The notes beneath the pieces are model-generated. The model was not told the DNA's origin, searched no databases, and saw only the letters and a list, made by a program, of their open reading frames with translations. The translations under genes and the position numbers were made by a program. A DNA stretch of 38,047 nt, from assembly GCA_963802945.1 (NCBI GenBank), contig CAWDKY010000037.1, positions 1 through 38,047 of the forward strand, read 5' to 3'. This DNA is from an uncultured delta proteobacterium (GTDB lineage: Bacteria; Desulfobacterota; RBG-13-43-22). Below, piece after piece: positions 11,010-19,738 of the stretch; position 1 is the stretch's first letter; every line of letters starts with the position of its first letter.

Positions 11010-11794
11010 ATGGACTTAAAGAAAATCAACGATGCCTATACAAAATATCTACGCCCGCAGACCTTTCCAGTGGCGGTGCGGATGTGTTCCTCGGAAAAGG
11101 AATTGCCGGAAAAAGTACGCCTGCCCCAGCGGGATATGGGTTTGAACATCTCCCTCTGTCACGCCATCGCCATGGCCCGGCGTTACGGCTGGGTGATAGC
11201 CGTGGACAAAACCGTTTCATGCTATGTGCCGGCCATTAGCCTCGGGTTTGTGAACCCCCCCCGGATGTCGTTGACGGCTCATTTCAGGCTTCGCAGGGAC
11301 TGTGGGGTATGACCAAGGAAGCCGCCGCTGCTTTAATTGAAAATATGCATAAATTCGAATACGGGTTATACACCCATGCGCTGATCGCGCCGCTGGACCG
11401 CGCCGGTTTTGAGCCGCATGTCGTTATCCAGTATGCCAGCCCGGCACAGCTCTGGGTGCTTCTTGTCGGTTATCTCAACGGCAATAAAAAGGGCGGCCTG
11501 GATGTCCGTCTGACAGCAGGCAGTGGTTGCACCAGCTACATTACCAAGACGATGCTTACCGATGAAGCCCAGTTTGTGTTGGTGGGGACGGGAGAACGGC
11601 TGGTACCGCATCCGCAGGACAGTGAATGCGCCTTATCCATACCCGCTTCAAAGCTGGAAAACACGGTCAAGGGGCTGGAAGACAATTATAAGACCGGGGT
11701 GTTCCGGTATCCGATTCCAACCTTTATGCGCTATAACTCGCAGCATCCGCCCGGCTATAAAGAAATGCGCAGCCATATACTGGGCGAGGATTAG
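11010..11794 (+). pseudogene. DUF169 family protein, frameshifted at a C8 run
   Basis: YLRPQTFPVAVRM..SLCHAIAMARRYGW continues as PDVVDGSFQ..MTKEAA..APLDRAGFEPHVV if one C is added at 11255-11262. Confidence 0.8.
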
Positions 11795-11943
11795 TAGTCG
11801 AGATCGGGGGGCAAAATTTTCGAAAAGAGAGGCAAAGCTTTTTTCTGACTTTTGTCTAACGTGCACTCCTCATAGAAGCCCTCTTTTTTAAAAGAATCGC
11901 CATGAATTGTAAAGATAAAAGACCTGACCCCAGTGGCCACTCT

Positions 11944-12429
11944 TCAGAATATCCATGGAATCATACGCCATCGTACCTGTTGTTTATATTTTGCATAGTC
12001 AACTGGAAATTGTTTCATTAATGCCTCTTCTTCTTTTAATTCGGTTAAAACCCAATGAATAATCGTCAGCAATGCTAAACCAAAAGTTACCATAACCCCA
12101 AAGATAAGAGCGATTCCAATGTTCATTGTAAGGAGACTGAGATATAAAGGGTGACGAATTTTTGCAAATAACCCCGCAGTTACAATAGTCTCTATTTTAT
12201 GTGATTCTTCATGGGCCTGTTTATGCTTTTTATGTGCCCACCAATGAAACCCAAAACCCAAAATAATAAGAACACCACCCAACATATGTGAAAATGGGAA
12301 AATAGGGAATGTTTTCCAAGAAAAAACCAACCCGCATATTCCTGTTACAATTAAAATAATCTTCTCAATGATGCCTCGATAAAGAGGATTGGACAGGAAA
12401 AAAGCATTAAGGATATTACAACTATTCAT
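11944..12429 (-). CDS. Isoprenylcysteine carboxylmethyltransferase/PEMT-family membrane methyltransferase
   Basis: IVTAGLFAKIRHPLY..EEEALMKQF..YAKYKQQV..MIP. Confidence 0.85.
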   Translation of the reverse strand: MNSCNILNAFFLSNPLYRGIIEKIILIVTGICGLVFSWKTFPIFPFSHMLGGVLIILGFGFHWWAHKKHKQAHEESHKIETIVTAGLFAKIRHPLYLSLLTMNIGIALIFGVMVTFGLALLTIIHWVLTELKEEEALMKQFPVDYAKYKQQVRWRMIPWIF

Positions 12430-12485
12430 TTTTTCTTTCTCCTACGGGAGCAAAATTAGTATCTTTCCATTTACCCGTCCGCCGC

Positions 12486-12512
12486 ATTGGCGACGCCGCA
12501 GGCGGCGCCAAC
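12486..12512. repeat. 27-bp palindromic mini-unit (empty-cassette-like)
   Basis: ATTGGCGACGCCGCAGGCGGCGCCAAC; near-inverted copy at 13780-13807; shares the core box of the adjacent attC. Confidence 0.65.
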
Positions 12513-12568
12513 GTGGGCATCAGCGGGAGCCCGCAGTATGGGCGATCCGCTGCATGCCGTGGTTAGGC
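12506..12568 (-). other. Integron attC site (63 bp)
   Basis: Minus strand GCCTAAC-cacggcatgcagcgga...cccgctgatgcccac-GTTGGCG; 15 bp after the stop of the hydrolase gene. Confidence 0.88.
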
Positions 12569-12583
12569 AATGCATTAGTCAAT

Positions 12584-13681
12584 TCAACGTGCTTGATCAG
12601 TAACGTCCACGATGATTTCGGATGTTCCGAACATTGGAATCCGCTTCACCGTCTCTCCTGAGAAATCAAGCCTGTTCAAATCGATTTTCCGGAGATTCTG
12701 GTTGTCGTACGTTTTGAAGTAAACAATACGTTTTGTGAGATCCCGAAACGTGACCCACTGCGTGGATTCCTTTAGAACGGTCTTTTTATCCGGCATGGTA
12801 TCGGTTACCAAACCGAAAGGGATATCGAACGTATTAATAATATGCTGGGCAAGATTAAGCGTTCTTTCGGCGTCCGGCTGCATATCGGAGAACCTGGTCA
12901 ACACGGCGAGGCGAACAAATCTGCTCGGTGGTGTGAGGTCGCCGGGAAGACCGAACATTCCCGACCCGTGGCCTGTTGCTGAAAATGTCAAACCGGACAT
13001 CTGGTAGGGTTCCGGTTTTTCACTCGTCATGCCGACATACTGGCGTAAGTTCGTCAACTGCCAGGGAAATCTGGGAGCATTGGTCATGATGCCGAGAGGA
13101 TTGTCATAGATGTTGCAAATTCCATCTTCATATTCGATAACGATGCAACCTCCATTTGCATCATAAACGATAAAATGTACGGTCGGGGATATTTTTGTCT
13201 TGGGGTCCGTATAGTTGAACACCTTCACGTTCCGGATTTCCCGCTTCACATCCTCCACGCTTGTAAAGTTACCCAGAATCCAATCTCCGACCATACCTTG
13301 GGCAAGGGCGTGTTTCGTCTCACCGGGAGCAACATCCTGCCATTTCATATCGGATTCAAACCAAAGCAGCCCGACTGCAAGCCCTTTTTCATTCATCCCG
13401 TCAGATAAGCCATACTCCATTCCGAAAGATCCAATCCCGACGTAGCCGTAGCGTGTTTTCCAGGATAAACCTTCCTTTCCGTCAGGGGCGAAGCTTACAT
13501 ATGCTTTATTTCTTGGAACAACGATGGCATCATATTTCAGATCAACAGCGAACTCCATTGAGCGCCCGACAATGATCGATCCGTCGTTGGCTTTTAGTCG
13601 AAACACAGTGCAAGAGTCCGCGGAGGACGCGGACAATGCAAACAAGCATGCAACAAAGACAACAATCATAATTTTTTTCAT
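12584..13681 (-). CDS. Secreted choloylglycine hydrolase / penicillin V acylase family Ntn hydrolase (cassette gene)
   Basis: Signal peptide MKKIMIVVFVACLFALSASSADS, then catalytic C-TVFRL, GRSMEF, DGMNEKGL, MTNAP, GLPGDLTPPSRFVR; AAGGAGG RBS before ATG 13681. Confidence 0.93.
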   Translation of the reverse strand: MKKIMIVVFVACLFALSASSADSCTVFRLKANDGSIIVGRSMEFAVDLKYDAIVVPRNKAYVSFAPDGKEGLSWKTRYGYVGIGSFGMEYGLSDGMNEKGLAVGLLWFESDMKWQDVAPGETKHALAQGMVGDWILGNFTSVEDVKREIRNVKVFNYTDPKTKISPTVHFIVYDANGGCIVIEYEDGICNIYDNPLGIMTNAPRFPWQLTNLRQYVGMTSEKPEPYQMSGLTFSATGHGSGMFGLPGDLTPPSRFVRLAVLTRFSDMQPDAERTLNLAQHIINTFDIPFGLVTDTMPDKKTVLKESTQWVTFRDLTKRIVYFKTYDNQNLRKIDLNRLDFSGETVKRIPMFGTSEIIVDVTDQAR

Positions 13682-13695
13682 AGTGACCTCCTTTC

Positions 13696-13786
13696 GCCTA
13701 ATGCGGCGTTGACCCGTGGCCCGCCGCTTGCGGGGCCGAAGGCCCAGGCAAGCAAGTGACATCGGTGTCCAATGGCCTGGTTGGCG
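13696..13786 (-). other. Integron attC site (91 bp), R' core reads ATT instead of GTT
   Basis: Minus strand CGCCAAC...long imperfect hairpin...ATTAGGC; ATTAGGC is complementary to GCCTAAC at the other end of the hydrolase cassette except at the first base. Confidence 0.72.
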
Positions 13787-13807
13787 ACCGCCTGCGGCAG
13801 CGCCAAC
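13780..13807. repeat. 28-bp palindromic mini-cassette
   Basis: GTTGGCG-ACCGCCTGCGGCAG-CGCCAAC with perfect 7-bp inverted ends, between an attI-like site and an attC. Confidence 0.7.
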
Positions 13808-13835
13808 AAAGTATTAAACTGTTTTATGGATAATA
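13801..13835 (-). other. attI-like site C (divergent)
   Basis: Minus strand TATTATCCATAAAACAGTTTAATACTTT-GTTGGCG; same pattern as the sites at 15779 and 35310; heads a cassette array. Confidence 0.55.
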
Positions 13836-13858
13836 TCAGGAAGTTTCAGTATAGTCAA
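13830..13858 (-). promoter_or_regulatory. Sigma70-type promoter pointing into the cassette array (Pc-like)
   Basis: TTGACT-17 bp-TATTAT with extended -10 TG. Confidence 0.65.
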
Positions 13859-13934
13859 AAAAATAAAAAAGAATTTATGACGTAACTATTTAAGATTATT
13901 CATATTGGCAGATGGAAAATATTCCTTGCTTCTC

Positions 13935-15050
13935 TTAACCTGCTTTTTCTAAAACCCCTTGCTTTCGATAGACTTCAAACAATTGTCCCCATTCGGATTC
14001 CTGAAGCCAGGTTTGATAAATTCTTTTTTCCTGAAAAGGCCAATGCAGGACGTCATGGTAGAAAAAAGAATAAAAATTTCCGAGATACAATAGAGGAGGT
14101 TTAGTAAAAAGATCCTGTAAGAATTTCGTCGGCCCGAACCAGGTCACCCATCCGGCAAATTTATGAAAACTGTATCCGACCTTGAATCCCCAGTTTTCAT
14201 GGATGATTTCCGGATCTCCGACAATATCAATATCGTTTATGTTTGCAGTCCCTAAACCTCTTTCCTGCGCTAATCGAAGATATTTGATTTGCAGGGGATC
14301 AAAGCCCATGATTTTGGCGGCCACGGCATCTATGGCCACCTGATCGGCGCTGGCCAGCATAATGTCCTTTTTGAAGGGTTTCATGATTCGAGGCCCCGGC
14401 CCATTCCCGGCCGTTGTCCCATCCGTGATACAAAAGATGCCGGGATGAATTTCCTTTTGAATGGCCAGCAGATCAACCAGGGTTTCATGAATAACCGAAT
14501 GGGTTTGATGGCGCTTGTGGTCCAATAAGCCCCCAAAAGCATTTTTCATGGCCCCGGTAGTCTCGGTGTAAATATGGCATTTCATAGTCGGCAGGTGAAG
14601 GATATTCTTCCCGATGAAGTAATCTGGAATTTGGATCCCCTCAGGATAGATTGCGTTCAGGGCCAACATGGACGCCTTGGGTTGATAGGGTATCCATTGC
14701 ATATCCTGCGGTTTGAAATTGAAAAGCACCGGGATGTCATAGGCAGAAAAGATCGGGGTATAGAGGTTAAGGCGTTCGCCTTTATGGGCCTTAGTCACCT
14801 CGGTCTTGTTCTGCACACAGGAGATATCCTTGAAGCCGTTTTTCTTTAAGGCCAGAATAGTCCCTTCGAGCTGCCAGGGGGTGGTGTTGGCCGAAGGGAA
14901 GGGATAATGCCAACTGATATTATCTTTCAGGATGGTGGGGATTTGGAGTTGAAGGCATTGGGGACCTTCCGCCAGTTCAAAGAGTCTTCCAATATCAGTC
15001 AAAACATTTTTTGGGTTTGTTCTGAGTATGGCTACCTTGGATTTTGTCAT
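13935..15050 (-). CDS. DUF362 family (Fe-S cluster-associated) protein
   Basis: LKDNISWHYPFPSANTTPWQLEG, LPTMKCH, TGAMKNAFGG, DQVAIDAVAAKIMG. Confidence 0.88.
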   Translation of the reverse strand: MTKSKVAILRTNPKNVLTDIGRLFELAEGPQCLQLQIPTILKDNISWHYPFPSANTTPWQLEGTILALKKNGFKDISCVQNKTEVTKAHKGERLNLYTPIFSAYDIPVLFNFKPQDMQWIPYQPKASMLALNAIYPEGIQIPDYFIGKNILHLPTMKCHIYTETTGAMKNAFGGLLDHKRHQTHSVIHETLVDLLAIQKEIHPGIFCITDGTTAGNGPGPRIMKPFKKDIMLASADQVAIDAVAAKIMGFDPLQIKYLRLAQERGLGTANINDIDIVGDPEIIHENWGFKVGYSFHKFAGWVTWFGPTKFLQDLFTKPPLLYLGNFYSFFYHDVLHWPFQEKRIYQTWLQESEWGQLFEVYRKQGVLEKAG

Positions 15051-15088
15051 ATACTTTTTTCTTTCTCCGGTCCGATAAAATGGCCTGT

Positions 15089-15145
15089 TCTGAACGGAAG
15101 GGTGAGCGGCGCGTATTTCGCGTCCGCTCCACCCGCTTGTTGTGC
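15089..15145 (-). other. Integron attC site (57 bp)
   Basis: Minus strand GCACAAC-aagcgggtggagcggacgcgaaatacgcgccgctcacccttcc-GTTCAGA; 8 bp after the flavin reductase stop. Confidence 0.88.
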
Positions 15146-15153
15146 GTCTTTTC

Positions 15154-15747
15154 TTATTTCTTTACCCAAACATGGGTGATTTCCCCAAATACCATTTTTC
15201 GATAATTGTTTGATTCTTTGTAAGCTTTGTTTACAAAGTCTTTAGCTTCTTGTGTATAAAAATCATTGGGATTGGCGGTAGTAATTTGCGTTAATTTACA
15301 TTCAATAATTAGTCTGGCTTCTTTGAAAGACATATCTCCGGAAGGGGTTTGAACACTTGTCAATTCAACTTCTTTCATTTTCTCACTATCTCTTCCTGAT
15401 TTACTTCCCAAAAAGAGTATTTGTTTCTTATATTCATTCGGGAAGTAAGACAGCGTATATGTTTGCTCTTTTTTAATCATTTTAAGCGTATAACGGTCTT
15501 CTCGAAAAAAACACCAAGTGGTGGGTTTCTTGAAAAGAAACGCCAAACCAGTCACACTGCCTGTCATTGAATTATAATGATCTTCCTTGCCCGCAGTAAT
15601 AACCGTATCTTTTCCTACCAATTTTCCTAGCAACGTAAATACATTGTCACATATCTCTTCCGGAGAAATTTGTTTAAACAATTGATCAAAATTCATCTCT
15701 TTGACATTTACATGATTTGTTTTTTTCATTTTCTGCTGTACTTTCAT
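15154..15747 (-). CDS. Flavin reductase family protein (cassette gene)
   Basis: VITAGKEDHYNSMT, REDRYT, LGSKSGRDSEK, FKEARLIIECK, MVFGEI; AT-rich; AGGAG RBS before ATG 15747. Confidence 0.87.
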   Translation of the reverse strand: MKVQQKMKKTNHVNVKEMNFDQLFKQISPEEICDNVFTLLGKLVGKDTVITAGKEDHYNSMTGSVTGLAFLFKKPTTWCFFREDRYTLKMIKKEQTYTLSYFPNEYKKQILFLGSKSGRDSEKMKEVELTSVQTPSGDMSFKEARLIIECKLTQITTANPNDFYTQEAKDFVNKAYKESNNYRKMVFGEITHVWVKK

Positions 15748-15778
15748 TTTTTCTCCTTGCATGCCTGGTCTATTTGGC

Positions 15779-15820
15779 GCACAATAAGTTATTCTAATGT
15801 TTTTCTGGATAACACTACAA
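15779..15820 (-). other. attI-like site A (core reads ATT instead of GTT)
   Basis: 15783-15820 is 33/38 identical to 35314-35351; ATTGTGC is complementary to GCACAAC of the cassette's attC except at the first base. Confidence 0.7.
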
Positions 15821-15904
15821 TCTACGATTTAGATCGGGGAAAGCACCCCTGATCATTATTCTATTTTAGATAACTTATGATTTGCCAATCCCCCCAAACA
15901 TTTT

Positions 15905-15943
15905 GTAACCTATTATAAATTATAAATATTATCTTGACAAATT
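15905..15943 (+). repeat. Conserved 39-bp AT-rich block with TTGACA, 120 bp from attI-like site A
   Basis: GTAACCTATTATAAATTATAAATATTATCTTGACAAATT, 36/39 identical to 35435-35473. Confidence 0.85.
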
Positions 15944-16015
15944 CTTTTTATTCCCAAAATTCTGGGAAAAGTATTTTCTTCAAATTGACATGATATACAG
16001 AAATAGGAAGATTCT

Positions 16016-16074
16016 TCAGGTTTTTCCTAAAACCACCTGCTTTCGGTAGGCTTCAAACAACCTGCCCCATTCGG
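16016..16074 (-). pseudogene. Diverged copy of the 3' end of the DUF362 gene
   Basis: Encodes EWGRLFEAYRKQVVLGKT* versus EWGQLFEVYRKQGVLEKAG*; 45/56 nt identical to 13941-13996. Confidence 0.85.
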
Positions 16075-16185
16075 GACCTTTTAAGATTGCTCATAAAGGT
16101 CCTGTCGCCCTCCATTGGAGGCCTCTTCTGTAAGTCGGCATAGCCGACCAGCTACAAGGTGCCCGGTTTCAACAACCTGTTAAAA

Positions 16186-16911
16186 TTATATTTTCTCTTT
16201 CAAATATCTCTGCCTCAGATTTTCCGGAAATTTCTCAATCGCATAGCGGAGCATGGTTCGCGGCATGGTTTTGTAGTGGACTTTCAGAAACGATTCTTCG
16301 GTCTTTTGATCCCGTTTGCCTATTTCCCGAAGCATCCAGCCGACGGCTTTATGGATGAGGTCTTCCGGATCCTGAAGGAGCATTTCAGCAACGATCAGAG
16401 TGTCCGAGAATTCACCTTTCTTGATAAAGTGAAAAGTGGCCATGATAGCGATCCGGCGGTCCCAGATCAGGTTTGAGGCGGCCAGAAATTGAAGTTGCTG
16501 GCGGTCAAAATCTCCCAAATGAGCACCGATAATATGTTCGGCCGAAAGATCCACCAGATCCCAGTTGTTAATAAAACGGGTATGTTTTAGATAAGTTTTG
16601 TAAATCTGTTCTTTGATCGGTGCATTCCCTTGCCTGTAGGACCAAACCATGACGAGCAGGGCTAATAGTCGGGCTTCATGGATGGGAGAATGGATTAATT
16701 GGATAACAGCCTGGAGAGGGAGTGCCTGATATTCTTTGGCCAGCTTTCTGATTTCCGGAATCTGGAGACCTAAAAAGACATCACCTTCTCCATATTCGCC
16801 GGGACCGGTTTTAAAAAACCTTTGCAGTCCCTTGGCCCGTTGAGGATCTCCCAGGATTTGTATTTTTGAAAGGATCTCTTGTAGGTTTGGTTTGGATAGG
16901 GGAGTTTTCAT
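16186..16911 (-). CDS. DNA alkylation repair protein (AlkD-like HEAT-repeat glycosylase)
   Basis: FFKTGPGEYGEGDVFLG, NNWDLVD, DLIHKAVGWMLREIGK, MPRTMLRYAIEKF. Confidence 0.93.
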   Translation of the reverse strand: MKTPLSKPNLQEILSKIQILGDPQRAKGLQRFFKTGPGEYGEGDVFLGLQIPEIRKLAKEYQALPLQAVIQLIHSPIHEARLLALLVMVWSYRQGNAPIKEQIYKTYLKHTRFINNWDLVDLSAEHIIGAHLGDFDRQQLQFLAASNLIWDRRIAIMATFHFIKKGEFSDTLIVAEMLLQDPEDLIHKAVGWMLREIGKRDQKTEESFLKVHYKTMPRTMLRYAIEKFPENLRQRYLKEKI

Positions 16912-16968
16912 GATTAATGACACTGTCAAAAAGATTAAAAACCTATTGTATAGTAACCGGATTTACTT

Positions 16969-17081
16969 TGTCATTCCGGACCCCGTATCAGGTACGGGGC
17001 AGGCCCGTTCCGGAATCCAGCATTTTCAACCTGGATTCCTGCTGGAGTCTATTCCGCACTTGATGCGGGACAGGAATGACA
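16969..17081. repeat. REP-like palindromic element (GTCATTCC...GGAATGAC family) with nested hairpins
   Basis: TGTCATTCCGGA...TCCGGAATCCAG / CTGGATTCCTG...CAGGAATGACA; inserts CCCCGTATCAGGTACGGGG and TCCGCACTTGATGCGGG. Confidence 0.8.
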
Positions 17082-17143
17082 GATCAGGAAGATTGTAAAC
17101 CTGTTATTGAGACAATGAACTGGACTTGGTCTCCTTATTAAAT

Positions 17144-17947
17144 CTAGAGCTTAAAGGCCGGTTCTGATGCGACCGACTTCAAGATTTTCTCTGCCGACTT
17201 TATTTGTTCCGAAGTACCGCTGACGGCCAGCCAGATACTGCCTTCGGCCCCGCCTACACCGCCACCGGCAACCAGAGTCGCTGTGGCCCCGGAGAGCAAA
17301 TGGATAGCCTCGATCTCGGTAAAGATTTCTCCTGGAACGGGCATATAACGGGGACCGGACGCACCGGGTGCATTCATCAGGGCGGCAATGGTATCGAGGT
17401 CTTCAAAGACCCTTTTCTCAAGGCCAACCGGCAATATCAGACGAACACGACGGCCCACTACTGCCTGCAAAGCCCTAAGAATCGTTCCTCCCTTGGGGTC
17501 TCCGATCAGGATGGCGGCCCTTTTCCGGACAGGATCTACGGCATTGGCGCCTTTCAGAATTACATCCCCTTCTTTCAGATCATCAACAACATCGAAAATC
17601 GTTTTACCTTTTTGCCAGGCTCCCTTGAACAAAACCACATCGCCTGGAAAGTGATCGTGATCAGGCAGACGGCCTTCTTGGGTCGTCGGTCGTGAAGGCG
17701 GGATGGTGATCCCTCGAAAGAACCGGCGCCGGGAAAAGGGTTCTTTGCAGCCAATGGCGGCCAGTACCTCTTCGGCCACATATCCATTGGTCGTTCCGGC
17801 AATGATCACGACTGTTCCCGAATTGAGTGCCAGACGAAGATCCGGATGTACGGCCATAGCCTTTCCGATCAATCGTTTCCCGGCTGCTGTTGTAATGCTG
17901 AATTGTTTCATTTCAATCCTTTCATCTTCTGATTTGGTATTTTTCAC
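17144..17947 (-). CDS. Conserved hypothetical protein
   Basis: 267-aa ORF with [37 protein letters not shown]; start may be ATG 17911. Confidence 0.8.
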   Translation of the reverse strand: MKNTKSEDERIEMKQFSITTAAGKRLIGKAMAVHPDLRLALNSGTVVIIAGTTNGYVAEEVLAAIGCKEPFSRRRFFRGITIPPSRPTTQEGRLPDHDHFPGDVVLFKGAWQKGKTIFDVVDDLKEGDVILKGANAVDPVRKRAAILIGDPKGGTILRALQAVVGRRVRLILPVGLEKRVFEDLDTIAALMNAPGASGPRYMPVPGEIFTEIEAIHLLSGATATLVAGGGVGGAEGSIWLAVSGTSEQIKSAEKILKSVASEPAFKL

Positions 17948-17978
17948 TTCTCACCATAGTTCAAGGGCTGCTCCATTT

Positions 17979-18656
17979 TTACTGCGATCTTGCTGACATA
18001 CAGGCCCGAACCTGTTCCCAGTCCACTTCAGCCTTCCGACAGTTCATTTTTTTCAGCAACACGCCCTGAATAACGGATTTGGTGCCTCTTGAATCGATGG
18101 AATAACCGCTACTGCCAATGGTGTATTTAGCCAGCAGACGGTGGCGGAAATACCAAGGGCAAATCACTCCCAGGACTGCGGAGGGAGCATGTTCCTTGAT
18201 TTTCGCCAGCATGAATTGATCACTGGGAATAATTCCTTCCTTTTTTATCATTCGGGAACTGGGCACTATATATACCGCTTTATAGCCAAGTTCAAGAGCC
18301 TCTTGGCGTATTTGTCCCAGCTCGCAGCCTGGGCAAATCTCCTGACACAAATAACCAAGGCTGGGGTCTAAATGGGCGGGACAATTGAGCGGACGAAGGC
18401 AGAGGGGCAGGAAAAACAACCGATTTTGATAAGAAGTGGCGGCAAAGGCTTTCCGAAAATATTTGTTACCAGCCCTTACTAGACTGAGATCCAAGACAGG
18501 GCCGGTTTTTATTAAAAGACGTCCCATAAGCCTGTATAAAGCCCGAATAATGTTTAGGCTGACCTTGGGCAAATAAAGCCGGCCGAATAAAAACGGCCCT
18601 GACAGAAGCATTATTACCGCCAAGCAACCGATCAGTAATCCGTATATCCAAGACAT
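17979..18656 (-). CDS. DUF116 family protein
   Basis: N-terminal TM segment; FLPLCLRPLNCPA..YLCQEICPGCELG..LGYKAVYIVP..LGVIC. Confidence 0.8.
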   Translation of the reverse strand: MSWIYGLLIGCLAVIMLLSGPFLFGRLYLPKVSLNIIRALYRLMGRLLIKTGPVLDLSLVRAGNKYFRKAFAATSYQNRLFFLPLCLRPLNCPAHLDPSLGYLCQEICPGCELGQIRQEALELGYKAVYIVPSSRMIKKEGIIPSDQFMLAKIKEHAPSAVLGVICPWYFRHRLLAKYTIGSSGYSIDSRGTKSVIQGVLLKKMNCRKAEVDWEQVRACMSARSQ

Positions 18657-18914
18657 AATAATTTATAGTAGCGGATGCTTTCAGGTTAATGGATGTTTTG
18701 GGTCTGGGCCATGACAATGAATTCCTGGATTGTCTCTGTATCGGGACGTAAAGGAAACTGACATTCTAATTCAAAGTCTTCAATTAATCTTTTTTATTAT
18801 TTATAACAAACATCTCGCTTAGAAGCAACGGGGTTTTAATTTTAGGTTAAATCCCAGTGAATCAATAATTATTTTTATTGACTCTAATGTGCCGTTTGAG
18901 ATAACATCAAAATT

Positions 18915-19077
18915 GTAAAGGAACCGATTGCCGGTTTAAAAGGGAAGACGGTTGAAGGCCGTCACGGTCCCGCCGCTGTATCCGGGGACGAAAGCCACTT
19001 CGGCCACTGCCCGCCTTAAGGCGAGCGGGAAGGCGTGGAAAGTAGAAGGATCCGGGAGTCAGAAGACCTGCCTTTAC
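18915..19077 (+). ncRNA. Cobalamin riboswitch
   Basis: AAAAGGGAAG, CCCGCCGCTGT, GCCACTG, GGGAAGG, AGTCAGAAGACCTGCC; P1 GTAAAGG/CCTTTAC; upstream of cobU. Confidence 0.95.
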
Positions 19078-19144
19078 CTAAGGAATCCCCAAAAGCGTTG
19101 GACACGAAGGGATTCGACTTAACGGATCAAGTAAGCTGGGTGCC

Positions 19145-19181
19145 ATCCTTAAGTTCAGCAAGTGGACTTAAGGATTTTTTA
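19145..19181 (+). terminator. Intrinsic terminator (riboswitch expression platform)
   Basis: ATCCTTAAGTTCA-GCAAG-TGGACTTAAGGAT followed by a T run just before the cobU start. Confidence 0.75.
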
Positions 19182-19183
19182 TT

Positions 19184-19738
19184 TTGGACCCAAAAATAAA
19201 TCAACAAGCCCGTTTAACCCTCATCACCGGACCGGTCCGCAGCGGTAAAACCCGATTGGCCCTTCAATGGGCTGCCGCCTTTCCCAAACCTCGGGCCTAT
19301 CTGGCCACAGCTCAGGGACTGGACCCTGAGATGTTGGAACGAATCCGACGCCACCAGGAGGAAAGAAGTTCCACTTTTCAAACCTTCGAAGAACCCTTAA
19401 ATTTAAGTTCCCGGCTTGAACAAATAGAGGCCGATTTTTCTATCGTGGTTGTGGATTGTCTAACCCTTTGGATAAGTAATTTATTGGGAGCCCTGGGGGA
19501 GGAAGGGCAGGGGACTCGGGAACGATTGGATGAATTTTTATCGGTCCTGAGGCGCATCAAAACGCCGCTGATTCTCATAAGCAATGAAGTGGGCTGGGGT
19601 ATCGTTCCTGAAAATGCTTTGGCCCGAACCTTCCGTGATCTGAGCGGACGACTGCATCAGGAAATTGCCCAGATAGCCGATCAAGTGATTTTAATGGTGG
19701 CCGGCATTCCCATGTTTGTCAAAAGGGAAAGAGAATGA
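19184..19738 (+). CDS. cobU: Adenosylcobinamide kinase / phosphate guanylyltransferase
   Basis: ITGPVRSGKT, YLATAQ, VDCLTLWISN, SNEVGWGIVP. Confidence 0.95.
   Translation: MDPKINQQARLTLITGPVRSGKTRLALQWAAAFPKPRAYLATAQGLDPEMLERIRRHQEERSSTFQTFEEPLNLSSRLEQIEADFSIVVVDCLTLWISNLLGALGEEGQGTRERLDEFLSVLRRIKTPLILISNEVGWGIVPENALARTFRDLSGRLHQEIAQIADQVILMVAGIPMFVKRERE

Noticed and set aside
13682-13762. N-terminal extension of the hydrolase ORF, and similar extensions at 4262, 29042, 35318 and 35542
   Set aside because: They run through att sites or neighbouring sequence; better starts with RBS, overlap or signal peptide lie downstream
13935-15088. DUF362 gene as an integron cassette
   Set aside because: It follows an attC but has no attC of its own and no box complementary to GTTCAGA; it looks like resident chromosomal sequence
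15944-16185. Integron integrase gene expected next to attI-like sites (also 35474-35643)
   Set aside because: No ORF with tyrosine recombinase R-H-R-Y motifs here or elsewhere in the window
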